Assembly (NCBI GenBank): GCA_010909165.1
Contig: MU008159.1
Coordinates: forward strand, 434,001 to 498,000
Direction of reading: 5' to 3'
Source: Anthoceros angustus
Lineage: Eukaryota > Plantae > Anthocerotophyta
DNA length: 64,000 bases
The notes beneath the pieces were generated by a model. It worked only from the letters and a program-made list of their open reading frames with translations, ran no database searches and was not told the origin of the DNA. The position numbers and the translations under genes are program-made. Positions 37,527 to 50,854 of the stretch are shown here, piece by piece. Position 1 is the first letter of the stretch, and every line of letters begins with the position of its first letter.

Positions 37527-40500
37527 TGATCAAAGTTTAGTGCTTTATTAATTGATACAATTGATTACAAGAGGTGGGCTTTTATAGGCTGTGTCTGAAG
37601 AGTTGTACCTCTTCGGTACTAGATACCAAAGGGTATGACCACGGGTTTAGCTAAAAACCATAACCAACGCTGTATTTCTAACTCTCCTCTCGACTAGTTG
37701 GGTTATCTAAATCAAAGAACTAATAATCATTTGGAGTATTGTATAAGTACTACGGTCTTCAACTAAACTCAACTCACCGATCACACGCAAGTAAGATTGA
37801 AGCAAGCGGTCTACAATAGTGTCAACTTCAAGTAATCGAACGCTCGAGATAAGATGCGCCTCACCAAATGTGGATTGGTCCACCAAAAAGTCACTGATCA
37901 ACCAATCCAAGCCTTCTCTGGAAGCGTGTTTGAACTGCAAGGATTTTGTCGATATCATTGTATTGCCCTGTGGGTACATACTGATTTTAACAATTCCTCT
38001 CTCAACAGTCCACGAATATAATGGTGTTGAATCTCAATATGCTTCGCGCGCATGAAAGACTGGATTAGCGACAAGAGCAATGGTGACATATTGTCACAAT
38101 TAAGCACTGGCCCTTCGCTTCATATCCAAATCTTCACATAGCTTTTTCCCCCATTTTCGTGGCTTCGTGAGTGCTTTGTACTCCGATTCTGTTGATGAAA
38201 GTGATATTGCAGCTTGTTTTCTACAAGACCAATTAACAAGTGGAGCCGAAGAAAGCAATATGTCGAGATACTTTTCGGTGTCGTCAAGCCCAACTGCATC
38301 GACAAAGCATGTCAAGAGATGCTTCTTTCCGCTAGGCTTGAAGCAGAGGCCATAATTTGAGTACCCTTGAGGTACCGCATGATGCGCTTGAGAGCAACCC
38401 GTGATCCTTTCTGGATTCTCGAGAACGAGCAATAGCATTTACGATTTGAGATATCGTCCGGTCCGATTACTCAAGAACATGAGAGTACCAACTCATACGA
38501 TAAGGAATATTTTCCATCTCTTTCTTTTCCTGCTCGATTGTGATGTAGCGATGAAAGCTTAACACCTCTACGGCCAGTGTACGCACGTGCATTCTCCAAA
38601 TTGAAGCTGTTTTAACATACCGCTACATATCTTCCTTGATGGAGATAGATAGCACCGTGGTATCTCTATGTACATGCATACCAAGAATATATTTAACTTT
38701 GCCGAGATCCTTCATCTCGAATTCTTTACTAAGGTCACTTTAATCTTGTTAACTAGTTCAATATTGTTGCTGTGAATAACTAAGTCATCAACATATAGTG
38801 CAACCAAGACAAGGGAGCTGTCCTGGAGTACATAGATATTGGTGTCCGCTTCACTTTGGATAAAACCTATCTTCTTGAGGTAAGAGTCCATTCTCTCATA
38901 CCATAAACGTGGGCTTTGCTTTAGTCCGTAAATAGAACGAATAAGTTTACACACCTTGTTTGGGTATTGCTCATCTTCATAGTCTTGTTGATCCATATAG
39001 ATCTCTTCTTGCATGACCATAAAGGAAAGCAAGACAAACATCAAGTTGATAAATTTCAGATTAAGCTCGGCACATAAAGCCGTGGAGCATTCTCACGCAC
39101 CTTGACTACATGTGAATAAACCTTATCGCCTCGATAGTCCACTCCTCTTTCGACTATAACCCTTAGCCACTAGTCTCGCCTTATAGCGAATACGAGGTTC
39201 AACCTCCGGAATTTAGTTTTGAGAACCCACTTGCATTTGATGAGTTCGCCTTTGGCAAGTTTACTAGAGTCCAAGTATTGTTTTTGATAAGAGAATTATA
39301 TTCATCATCAATAGCGAACTTCCACTTAGCATCGGTCGCGAATATGCCTCTTGAAGAGTGAGAGGATCTCCCTCAAGGGGCAACATCAAGGCAAATGACC
39401 TGCAGCAGTGGTGGTGTAGCCAGCTTGATTGAACTCTAAATCAAAGGGGATCTCATTCCAGAGGTGTCTCGGTTGACGATGACGCGAAGGATACCTTCGC
39501 TCAGGGGCTGGATCAAGTATTACAGAAGAAGGTGGAGCAGGAACAGTCTCTGGGTCTTGTGGATTAAGAGCACCAAAGTCTTCTCTGTTTTCATAAGGAT
39601 CAACAATGGCCTGTTCATCTTCCCCCTCTCGAGCAGGAACAATAGGGATAGGTGCTGCTTGAGGTGAAGAGGCCAGGGATGGAGCAGAAGGTGCAGGACC
39701 AGAGTCCGGGAATGTGAACTTTCCTATAGTACGGACAAAAGCGGAAGCGTATATTAGAAAGATTAGAAAATTCATAGGTTAGGGGCCCTTTAGGGACCCG
39801 GGCTAGGGCTGCGCATTGTTAAACAACGAGCTAGGTTAGCCTAACTCGCCTGACTATTGGCTAGGGTTATGTAACTCTTACTAAACTTAACACTCCCTCT
39901 TAAGGGTAACATAACCTAAGCTATGACTCCCTCTTAAGCTGGACGTAACCTGACCAGCGGTGGAGACTATCTTCCATGGAGCGACGCTCCTCTGTGGCGC
40001 GCTCCCTCTGGAGCTAAGTCTTCTCTCCTGGCAGGCTGTAGGGATGCCAGGCTACCAGAGGGTGGCGGCGGGTCCACTCCCGCCGGTGAATGAGAGCCTG
40101 CACAGGCCGTCTTGAGGCACGGCTGTGAAGAGGCCCAAGTCAGGATTTGTTGTCCTGAAAAAGCGACATGACTCCCTTGAAGCAAGCATCTCGAGATCGC
40201 CTTCAGCAGCTGAGTCATAGACACCAGGTTCTCGCCTATTTGCGGGACGGGAGCACAGGCTCAAGGTGGCCTTGAACCATCCTTGAGAGGAAGTTCGCAA
40301 GTGCTTTGTCCCATGATTGGCGGTGGTTACGCTCATTCATCACCAAGTAACACTCTCTCCTCCGGAGGGCAGTGTCCGGCTTGGTGAATAGAGCATGATC
40401 GTTGCATATGTGGGCGGTGGCTCCACTATCCGGTACCACCCCGCATCCCTAATGCACACAGGTGTTGAGGCAAACCGCAAGTATCTTCACGGTCCTTGCC

Positions 40501-43500
40501 TTGTTGTGTTGGCGTTCCCTCAAGCCTGTGGCACTGTGCAGTCGGTCTGTGCTCTCGGCCTCTTTCTTGCGGCACTCTCGTGCCCAATGGCCGTGACTCC
40601 GCACCAATTAGATTCCGGCTCGGCGAGGCGCGAGGTTGAGTCACCTTTAGGGTGAAGTCGCCTTGCCCTTGAATTCCTCCCGGGCTTGAAGCAGGTGGAA
40701 AGCGCTGCATGCATCGGGCTTGGACCCTCCTGCAGGCGGGCGGTAGCTGCTCTGGCGTCTGAGCCGATGATGTCCTCCATCGGGAGGAGGTTGAGCGGTG
40801 GTGCTGCTGGTCGCCATCAAGATCGCTAGAAAATGGTAAGAACTGGAGACTCATTAGGAGTTGAGCGCCACACCGGCCATCGTTGAGCCGAGAGAGGCTA
40901 GCCTCGCAATCGGAACTTAGATGTGTGAGCCGCCACCGTGTCGACTCCTTCATCTTGAGGGCGAATTTCGCCGCACAATCGCATAAGGTTAGAACATTGT
41001 TAACGTTATGCGTGTTTGATAGCTGGTCCCGGATGGCGAAGCCTCGTAAGGAACTCCACGGGCACCGGGCTTGAGTCAAGTCCGATCGAGTGCCACCGCA
41101 ATTCCGTTTCCCTTCTCGACATGCTCTGCCGCAGAGGGAGGAGTAGGGGCCGCTTTGTAGCCGCCATTAAACTATCTTCCAAACGCCGCCGATGAGGGTC
41201 GACTTCATCCGGACTCGCCATCTTTGGATAATGCTGGCCGTTGAACCGGTCTTTCTCCTTAATGTGGTCGGTGAAGATGGGTATGGCACCGGGGTCAAGT
41301 CGAGGTCCCGCTGGCCATCCTCGTTGGCGTGTTCAAAGAGAGTGAGCTCAGCTCATTGATCGGCTGGTCTACAAGGAGTTGTAACTTGTGGTCATAAAGA
41401 CGGGCCTAGGAGGCGGCGCCTTGGCTCCCTCGGCTCCGGCCCGCTATTCGGCAGACGGTGGACGGATCCATGAGCTCGTCGCGGGCGGTGTAATAGCCTA
41501 GAGTGCCCACCTCACGCCATCACGAGTCTCAAGGGTCCATCCTCCATAAGTGCCGACAGGATATCTCGGAGGAAGTGAGTATCCCTCTCTGGCTTACTCT
41601 TGATTTCTTCTGTGAGAGTTCTCCTTCCCTTTTTAATTTGCTTTCTCCTTTTTCTTTTTCTTTTTGTTGGTTGCTCCCCGCTGGGGCTTTCTTCCTGGCT
41701 CGGTTCTCTCTTTATTCTTCTCTTGATTTTGTAAGGTACGTGGCTTCAGTCTTCTGCTAAAACCAGGTTAAATGTAGGCGAAGACCTGTCACGTTTAACC
41801 AATGTGAGTTGGTGTAGTGGTTGGGTCTTACTTCTTGGGGCTGCAGGTCGTTGTTTCGATTCCCGTTTTCGCGTCCGTCAGAGTTTTGCGGAAGAATGAA
41901 AAATAAGGGGCAGGCGGGCGAGCCCCCTGCGGGTGCAGAACCGGTTGTCGCCGTCCACAGGCGCCTAGCAGGCGCTGTCACTGCTGGCGCCGTGCGTTCG
42001 AGAGCCCGGGCTCGAACTCCGGCCTCGCGCCGCCAGCGCACCCGCGCCCGTTGGAATCTCTCCTGCCCGTGGCACGCAGCCATCCCCACCGGCGCCCGCG
42101 CCCGCACCACCCGCCCCCCTGCCCGGACTCAGCCCCGATCTCCACGCCCGCTGACCGCGCTTGGCTCACTTGATGTGATGATGGCCGGGCGGTTGGCCAC
42201 GGGTGATCTGGCTACCGCAAATTCGCAGTTCTCGCTGCCAGCCCGCGCCTGTGTGGGCGCGCCCGCGACGATCCCACGCCGCCACCGCCTCTACACTGCC
42301 ACGAGTTGTACCGGCCTCCCACGAACGATCCGGGCGCCCGCTCCTGGTGAGCCTCAATACCGAAGATTGGGAGGAGTAGGCGCCCCAAGGTCTCGTCCAG
42401 GCCGGATGTTGGTGGAGCGGGGGCGCCTCCCAACTGTCCGGTGGCACGCTCACCGTAAACTGCAGCGACCCGGATCTCATGTCGCTGGCGATCTCGAGTT
42501 TTGAGCGCCGTTGTCTCTCGGATGAAATCCTGGCTTGCTCTCCCTGGCTTGCGCTCCCCAGATTTCCAGCGCCTCGCTAGGGGGGGCCGCCGATTCCGAT
42601 CTGGATGGAATTTGGTGGCGATCCGGCGGATCCCAGTCCGTCGGCGCTGGATGAGAGGCGCCCGTTCTGCGCAGACTGCGGGCGTCGCCGCTGGCTCCTC
42701 CCGGTGCGCCCAGGCCTCAGGCCTCCTTTCCCCCCGCCCCTCCTCGTCGACAAACAGTGCTAGCCAGGCCCTCGGGTCTCGGTTCCTCTGCAGCGCGGCA
42801 GCGTGGCTGTGGCGCCGCCTCCCTTCAGGCCTCGGCGCGCCTCACTGGAGACGGGGGAAACGGGAGGAGGGAGCCCTCTGCCTCTCCCGTCTGCAATTTG
42901 ACATAAAAAATGTAACTGCGAGTGATTGTAGGCAAGGCGAGAAAGGAGGCCGCTAGCGGAGTCATCATCGAAACTCCGCAGGTAAACGCGCCACCCATGG
43001 ATTAGCACTCGGATGGGGGACTAGCCTGGGTGCATTTTTTTGCTGTTTTTTTTTTGTTGATCTAATCCCACAAGCTATAGGGTAGTGCATATCCTAGCGA
43101 ATCCAGGATGCAGGTTGGCTCATGGTCTAAAGCCTCCCCCTTTTTATTGAGGTGATCCACAAGACTGGGAGGGGAAAGGAGAACACCTACCTATCCTAGC
43201 AGCATAGGATACTAGTTTTTTTTTTGCTTCTCCCCAACTACAAGACTACTGCCTCCAGACAAACGGGAAGGAAAGGAAAAAAATGAGAGGGGAGGTGGGG
43301 GCGCCATGGGTCAGCCATGGCGCCCCCCCCGGCCGCAGTCCTCAACAAAGCCTGGGCTCTGATACCATGTGAACTTTCCTATAGTACGGACAAAAGCGGA
43401 AGCGTATATTAGAAAGATTAGAAAATTCATAGGTTAGGGGCCCTTTTATAGGGGACCCGGGCACCCTTCAGAGGGCTGCGATCGCTCGCTTAACGAGCTA

Positions 43501-44840
43501 GGTTAGCCTAACTCGCCTGACTATTGGCTAGGGTTATGTAACTCTTACTAAACTTAACAGGGAAAACAGAGGGCTGAGTGAAAAACTCAGACATAAGGTC
43601 ACCTGGGTCGGAAGAAGCAGTGTCGTCTGAAGGAGCCGAAGCAGAATCCATGGACTCAGAACGAGCAGATGCTAACCGAGCCTCATCAAAAGTGACAGTG
43701 CGAGCATATACAATAGCATGGGTATCCAAGTCAACCAGTTTATAAGCCTTACGGTCCTCGCCATAGCCAACAAATACCAGCTTGCGAGCACGAGCAGAAA
43801 GCTTGTCGCGAAGCTGAGAAGGAATATTAGCATAGGCGGGGCAGCCGAAAATCCGAAGATGAGTAATAAGAGGCTTATATCCATGCCAGGACTCAAAGGG
43901 TGTCCGCCAGAATCGACTTGGAAAGAACCTCGGCAGAGTGATACCGCAGATAACCGCCCGCCCGTAAGGGTTTGGGGAGTCGAGCTGGCTAGCATGGCGT
44001 GGGCCATGGCGAGCGATCGCTGGCCTTTTCAAGAACCCCATTCTCGCCGAAAGTATAGGGAATCGTAATCTGACGGATAATCCCCCTCTCAAGATGTAAG
44101 TCCTTACATTGCCGGTTATTTAATTCTCCTGCATTGTCAGATCTAATGCACTGAAGCTTGCAACCGGATTGCAGCTCAGCCATAGTGACAAAAGGAGTAA
44201 AGGAGCCGAAGGAATCACTCTTCAACTTGAGCGGAATAGCAAAGGTATAGCAACTATAATCATCAACAATAGTCATAAAGTGCGCGGCGCGTGCCGGTGA
44301 AGGGACCGGGAGGACCACAAAGATCGACATGGACCAACTCCAAGGGCTGAGTAGCCCGACGGGCAAGTAGAGTAGGATAGGGGAAGCTACGTTGTTTAGC
44401 ATATATACAAGGTTCACATAACGGAGGAGTCTGTGAAAAGTGTGGTAGCTTATCCCTAAATAAATCCTGCCTAGACATCTCTACAAGCTTATCATGATTA
44501 ATATGTCCAAGCCGAGAATGCCATAATAGGGAGTCACCTTTGCGAGAACTCCCTCTGCCGACCGCAGTGGCCATTGCGGGAGCTGTGGTCGAGGAAGCTG
44601 TGAGCACTGGTACGGCGGAGAAGACATAGAGGTCATGCCGCGGACGACCTCTAGCAACCACGCCGACTGAGCAACAGATCTGAGGAGGCAATCGCCTCTG
44701 CCGAACTCTAGCCTGAAAGTACCGTCCTTCACCAAGTGTCGGACGGAGATAAGATTCTTCGCCATTTGCGGAACATGCAACACATCACTTAAAAGAAGGA
44801 CAGAACCATCTTCAAGAGTAAAAGTAACAGTGCCAGTGCC
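37527..44840 (-). mobile_element. Ty1/Copia element (pol remnant plus 3' LTR), host of a nested insertion
   Basis: Minus strand: VLHVPQMAKNLISV, LLWHSRLGH, LELVHVDLCGP, LRIFGCPAY, SIYGLKQSPRLW, VALYVDD, SWSCRKQ-like and SSTESEY, HIEIQHHYIR. PPT TTGAGAGAGGAAT precedes TGTTAAAATC at 37992; the LTR spans ~37527-37992. Confidence 0.9.
39713..43559 (-). mobile_element. Complete non-autonomous Copia-type LTR element (gag plus protease only)
   Basis: LTRs at 39713-39892 and 43368-43559 (TGTGAAC…TTAACA), 5-bp TSD GGGAA on both sides, PBS 43356-43367, PPT 39893-39902. Contains a zinc knuckle NWCGVT.. and a protease WYPDSGATAHIC-like motif; no IN, RT or RH. Confidence 0.92.
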
Positions 44841-45284
44841 AGGCCCAGGAATCCCCAGTGTCAGGAATCGGGCTAGGCATAGAGTCTGGGGGGTAGAATA
44901 ACATCCAGACTACGGGTGGGGACAACCCCGTACCAAAGATCCGCGGCGCCGTGAGCCGAATCGGTCGTTAGGGTTTGGTGTGGGACCCACCTCGGTGGTC
45001 GTTCCACTACCTGGTAGTGGTGCGGACTACCGCGGTAGTAGAACGGGAAACGAGGTCGGGGAGTTAGATCCGTGGTAGTTGGACAAGGCGGGAGGTAGAA
45101 GTAGTTGAGTAGATAGGTGAGAGGTGGTAGCGGGTAAGCCCCGACTTAGGCAAAGGTCAGTAGTGATAGAAGATAGCGTCTCTTGGCACAAACCATTCCC
45201 TTGGGAGCGAATCCCAGGACTACAACGACATTGAGGGTGAATGTGGACCTCACCGTGTCTCAGGACACGAGTTTACACCCCACA
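44841..45284. mobile_element. Second copy of the 27154-27597 LTR-like repeat
   Basis: Colinear match ending CCCCACA; it truncates the Copia pol at 44840. Confidence 0.75.
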
Positions 45285-47159
45285 ACTACCCCAAGGTCTT
45301 CCATATTAAACCTTAAAATTTGAGTCTATTAGTCTACAAACTTATAAATGATCGATTTTACAACGTGAGATTGTAAATTACGTTGTAAAATGCGTTGTAA
45401 AACACTTGCGATTCTAGTCATGAGCCTACAATTTGTTGTCTGCTTGCACGTAAATTGCAAGTGCGGCATTGCAACCTACCTCAGGCGACTATAGCCTGCT
45501 TGAACAACACACAGAAGCGCGTGGTATGAACAACCCTCACGAAACCGCTCCTACTTGAACTACCCACAGCCCGGCGGCGGCTTGAACAACCTGGCGGCGG
45601 CAGCAGCTTGAACAACACACAGTAGCAGCAGCAGCTTGAACAACCCACAGCAGCAGCAGCAGCTTGAACAACCCACAGAAGTTGCAGCAGCTACTTTCAC
45701 AACCTACCTCATACGGGGACAACCAAGGCTTTGAACAACGATACCGGCGTTCTCGCACCGCTCCGGTTGCTCCTTTCCGCCGTTGCCTCAGCACACGTAG
45801 CAACTAGCCAGCAAAGTGCCTTGCCCACCCACCCGCGTCTTGCCCGCGCTGCGCCTTACTCGCCCGCCCGAGCTGACTCTTGCTCGCTCCTGCTTACTGA
45901 TGCCGCCACCCAACAAAACAACCGTTGACCTTTTCCATTTGACAAAACCAGCTAAACGCAACAAATCGTTACTATCTGTAAGTAAACCCGTTTTGTTTTT
46001 TCCTAACATTGTCGACCCGTTTTGTTCTGCAGTGAAGGGCCCAGCTTTTAAGTGGTCATGTCTACATTGTTTTTTTTGCAAAATTGGAACACCCAACCAT
46101 GCATGTACCCAAATAGGAGCTACCATCTAGGGGTGTCACGGAAGCAAGTAGAGCTGCGATGTAGGTCACGTCCCTACGCACATAGGGTAGGTAGGTGTAA
46201 GCGGGGGTTACAGGCGCAGCGCGTCGCATGGGTTTTGGAGGCTGAGGATTGAGCTTTTTCTTTGGGCTTTGATGGGTAGGATGGCCTCTATGGGAGCCCC
46301 TAGGGCTAAGGAGTTGCAGGGATTGCTATGCTTGTAGCATAGGAGCTGATGGATTGATGACTTAAGAGCCTTCTTGGTACAAACTGGCTAGGTTCTTGAA
46401 TTTTTGCAAGATGGATGCGTACGAGCCTTGGATTCATGGTGGGGATTGATGGCTACAGCAGGAATTAGAGGTTACAGTTGGCTGTGGGAATAATGGATGG
46501 GATATAGCCACATGCTTGCAGCAACCACTCAGATCTATGGCTGCAATTTAGGGATCTACCTACTTCTTGTAGTTGCAAGTCTGCAAAATATAGAGCTTGA
46601 AACCTTTCTACATTACCCTTGATTCGGCCAAGAGGCCGCAGCAAAATCTCTAAGTCAACCAAGCTAAGGATCTCGTTTGAAATACTAGCCCATTGATGTC
46701 GTACGTAATTGTCTAATATAGCTTGAGATCCAATCCTTTCTCACTCTATTATCTTCTCCCTCTCTATCTAGTTCTTCCATTTGAGTTGCAAGTCTTCCAA
46801 ATATAGAGCTTGAAACCTTCTTCGTATGGTTATGGTTACCGGTTTATGCAAATATTGTACTTCTATCCTCATAACTCTGTGGTTCTTTGATTTTTAGAAT
46901 TTTTCTAAGCAAGCTGTTTTGCCTGCCTGATGGTGGTTGTTAATGTTTATCCCATTTGAGTTCCTTAGCTTACATGTTAGTTTTTCTCTAGTAGTTAGCC
47001 GTGGCTAGTATTCCATACCTAGTTTTCACTCATTGTGTATCCTATTTTCACTCGTCATTATTGAATTGCAATCTACATTCACCAAAAAAAATATTATCTC
47101 ACACATTTGGCTATAACTGAACGGTTATCTATCATCATCAAAAACATTGTCTTACACAT

Positions 47160-48391
47160 TTCGCGATATGTGTCACCACAATGAGCAGATTTGTCCCATT
47201 TCTATAAATCCTTCATGCTCAGCTCCATAGCAGCGTCCAAGCTCCTTCAAGGCGAAGTTGCTTTGGCCGAAGACGAACAGGAGAACCCACATTTCATTTC
47301 ACGAGTCTGAATCTGCATTCCCTTACTTACTGTGGAAATTTCCTTTCTGTGAACTATCAAATGAAACCGAGTGTCGAAATTTCCTCTCTGTGAGCTATCA
47401 AATGGAACCGAGTGTGGAAATTTCCTCTTTGTGAACTATCAAATGAAACCGAGTGTGGAAATTTCCTCCCTTTTTGTAGAGGAATAGATGAATGTGCGTG
47501 TGGAATGCAATTGAAACAAAGCGCTTGTAATGCCCTTTGTCTGCTCTGTGGAATACAAAGCGCTTGTAATGCCCTTTGTCTGCTCTACTTCAATTGAATA
47601 CTGCTCTGCAGCAACAAGCTGCTGTAATGGATCGAAACGGTTCCATGTTCTTGTCCTGTATTTTGAAACCTGTGACTGCGGCCTCACTCCAGTCTAAAGG
47701 TGTGGAACCCTCGCTTGCTGTCCTCCGAAGGGAATATTCTTGTCCTGGTCTTCTCCTATCTTGCGCTGATCCTTAGACAACCCATCCTGAAGCGGGTGAT
47801 GGAAATTCAAGGGACCCTGTGCCTAGGGTCATTGGCTGACCAGTAGTACCTGTACCTATTATTTCAAGCCCATAATTGTCAGGGTCTGGTGGCCCTGACA
47901 ATTATGGGCTTGAAGCGTTTCCTGGGTGTACCCATGCACGTCAAGAAGAAGCACCAGAAAGCATAGCCCTGCCAGGCGAGGAAATCTTGAGGCTGAAGCA
48001 CAGGAATTGAATCAGCGCCATAGTGTACCATAGCTGCACACAGAAAGTTCAGGAGGACCTTCGCTGTAGCCTGGTCCAGGGGTATTCCCGCCCAGATAGC
48101 ACCAGGTGTTCCAGGCTGGAACCTGAGAGTGCAGCAGCGCGTGCGTGCTGCGTGGAAATCTATATGCAGATGCTTGCATAAACGGAGGGATGTAGCTAGG
48201 GTAGAGAACTTGAGAAAGTCTACAGTTGCATCCAAGAAGGCTGCAAAGGCCTGGATTGAGCTCAACAGCCAGGTCCAGACATACGTTGGGAGAGTACAGG
48301 GAAGACGATTCCTTCAAGCTAAGCAGCTTGAATTCTCTGTTGAAGGATGATGGAGGCCATGTACCACACAGCCAATTGGTGCTAAAGCGAG
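47160..48391. repeat. Left arm of an inverted duplication (partner 56318-57900)
   Basis: 47560-48391 is a near-identical reverse complement of 56318-57150, and the ORF track gives identical 128-aa, 73-aa and 66-aa products. 47160-47505 matches 57597-57900 with more divergence. Confidence 0.92.
48110..48391 (+). pseudogene. PPR E2/E+ fragment (truncated copy of the DYW:KP remnant)
   Basis: LEPESAAA..VLRGNLYADA..RDVARVENLRK..KKAAKAWIELNSQV. Confidence 0.7.
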
Positions 48392-48703
48392 GGCAAATCT
48401 CCTCTAGAGAGACATGGAATTCCTGCATAATATGATAAAGGTGGAATTTTTCGTTGTCACCCACCAAGTCCGTTTTCTTCTTGCCTTGAGCAAGGCACAA
48501 ATGACATCATGTGACATCTTCTAGCACGTCAGGGCATTTGGCCAATTCACAATAGCGTCGTCATGATACTGGCGGTAGCTGAAATCTGCGGTAGCTATGA
48601 TACCTGGCGGTAGCTGAAATCCATCAATCCATCATGCGGATCTATAGGCAAATTCCTGCTAGAATATCGACTTCAGAGATGTTGCGTATACCTCGATTTC
48701 AGG

Positions 48704-49660
48704 GTGTGCAAGTCCAGCCAGGCCCTCGCTTCCGGCGATCTGCTGAACCCCAGCCGCGACGCGCGAGCTGCCGCCTTCTGCTCCGGCTCCGGCATCGTCT
48801 GCCCGTCGCCGGAGCTCAGCAAGCACAGCGCACTGCCAAGATCGAGCGGCTTGTGGCAAACATTCCAACACCAATTCGTCACGAACATGGTGCACTGGTT
48901 CAGGCTTCCGGAGCAGATCAACAACGAGGAGGAGACGGAGACCTTCTCAGAGCCTGGGAGCTGGCGTTGGTCCGCAAGCTGTACTTCGTCCAACAGAACC
49001 TGCCCACTCCAGGAGCCATTCTGCGGGGCAAGCTGTTCATCACGGACGAGAGCCTGGCAGCGGGAGCCGGCGCCTTCCTCCCTCGCGCCTTGGTATCCGC
49101 CTTGGACAAGCTGCAATGGCCGGAGCTTGTGCAGACGCTGCGGGTGCAGCCGAACTTCAAATTGGCCGTTGCCTACCAGACCTGCATCCGTTACCACGGC
49201 ACGATCCACAACAACGCGCTTGCCTGCTCCCGGTCGGAGGAGGATGTGGTGGATTTATGTCGGCACATCTGGTCCAAGAACATGGAAGCGCTAGCCTAAG
49301 GGTAATGACGGGGACGAGCGGCGATGTGGTGTCGGACCAGCACTCCATTGCCAGCTCCTTCTTGGAGGTGGTCGCGGTGGAGCCGCTCGGAGTAGCCAGC
49401 CGCCCTTATGTGCTCTGCCATCGCCCCTTCCATGCCTTCCCGTACATGATGCAGGCGTGCCACAGTATTCAGGACACTCAATCTACTCCGTCATGTTGCG
49501 CAGTTTTGCTGGGGAGGATCATCCCGTCACATTCGTCTCCAACGTCGTAGCGTGCCATACGCATCACATCGCGTATCAAGCTCTCGGCCTGAAGCCTAGG
49601 CAGGGTGCCGTCTGCCACTGGACCGCACCTGGCACCACCGCTTTCTACACTCTCCCGTAA
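48704..49660 (+). pseudogene. BURP-domain protein paralogue (5'-truncated, three frameshifts)
   Basis: Stitched: AAAFCSGSGIVCP…QTFQHQFVTNMVHWFRLPEQINNEEE…KLYFVQQNL…VLCHRPFHAFPYMMQACH…VVACHTHHIAYQALGLKPRQGAVCHW…*. Four CH motifs, with about 8 aa lost between CH3 and CH4. Confidence 0.85.
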
Positions 49661-49989
49661 TTGTTATAGCCAACCTTGCTTCCTAACCTGAAGCTGTCCG
49701 GCGCACTGTACAGAGATGAAACGCGGCGTAGAAGGAAGAGACGAATGCTAATAATAAAAATAATATCTGTCCCTGATTAGCACACATGTGGAACAGACAC
49801 CTGCTCCAACTTTGCTTGAGACTCTTCCTATGCTCGCCATCCCTGAAACGAACTCTGCACATTTTGTCAGAACCCCATGTTGCCCATGAGGCAACACTCG
49901 ACAAAAAAGCCTGATCCCTCTACTCAGCTAGTTAATGACCTCTAGTTGTATCAACCAAGTTGTATATATGAACCAAGCCTCATCAGGAA

Positions 49990-50560
49990 AGAACTAGCTG
50001 GACACATCCTGAGATTGTGCATCCCACCTTCATCATGTCCGTTGTCAACCACGAAGTTCTCATTCTTCTTTCCTTCAAATGATATAATCTGCTACCCTGA
50101 CATCCTCCTTTGCAGGCCTTCAAACAATCTCTGTTTGCATCTCCCAAGCTCCCTTGCGAGGAATACTTGTCCACACTTGCAAGCTGTTGCATACTTGCAA
50201 GCAAACGTATAGCGTCTTCACCAACCCCGTACTGGGAGGAGCCCACGCTTAGCAACCATGTTACATCTGCAAGCCTCCTGATGTCCAGCATGTCCAAGCA
50301 TTGGAGATCTCTGTGAGTGAAAGAACCATCCCCTTCACACATGCACGAAAGAGTAATAGAAGCAGACGTGCTTCTTGGCCATGGCTTGGTACAAGCAGCC
50401 ATGACTTGTGCAATCAGAAACCACACTCCTCCGTATCACCAGGCATCCTTTAGGGCCACATATTTTGCAAACACCCGGAAAGCATCCGTTCCCACACAGT
50501 TTGTGCCACTGCATCTCCTCAGCTTCACAGAACTCTCCACGACAGCATGCACAAGATGCA
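49990..50560 (-). pseudogene. Degenerate PLS-class PPR fragment
   Basis: LDMLDIRRLADVTWLLSVGSSQYGVGEDAIRLLASMQQ resembles the PPR consensus (FDxMxxRDVVTWNAMIxGYAQHGxGEEAIxLFxxMQ). Confidence 0.4.
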
Positions 50561-50854
50561 CGATCTGCTGTACCGGTTTCAGGACGGCCTTACATCCACG
50601 GCTGCCTAGCGGCACAGTAGACAGAACTCGCCAGCCTTCACAGCTGAACCCTAACCTCCAGAGTGACGATCCGAAATAAGCTGGCGTCGTTGGATCTGCG
50701 GACAGTGTGGCCTATTAGATTCATGAACCAATTCTGGAGAGTGGCAGGGAGCGGGAGCTCGGGGGGCTGGGATGTGAAGAAGGCCAGGAGCGGAAGCAGG
50801 AGGAGGGGCGGGCACTGGGAGTGAGTTGCACTTGGATGGATGTCGGTCGGAACG

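Noticed and set aside
41757-43008. Long GC-rich ORFs (227 aa, 151 aa) inside the nested LTR element
   Set aside because: Arg/Ala/Pro-rich with no recognisable domain; consistent with a GC-rich untranslated leader.
45540-45700. (GCA)n CTTGAACAACCCACA repeats as a coding or regulatory array
   Set aside because: A short low-complexity repeat with no supporting ORF or context.
47879-48265. Identical 128-aa ORFs at 47879-48265 (-) and 56436-56822 (+) as a conserved gene pair
   Set aside because: The identity reflects the recent inverted duplication, and the ORFs are antisense to the PPR E/E+ remnant.
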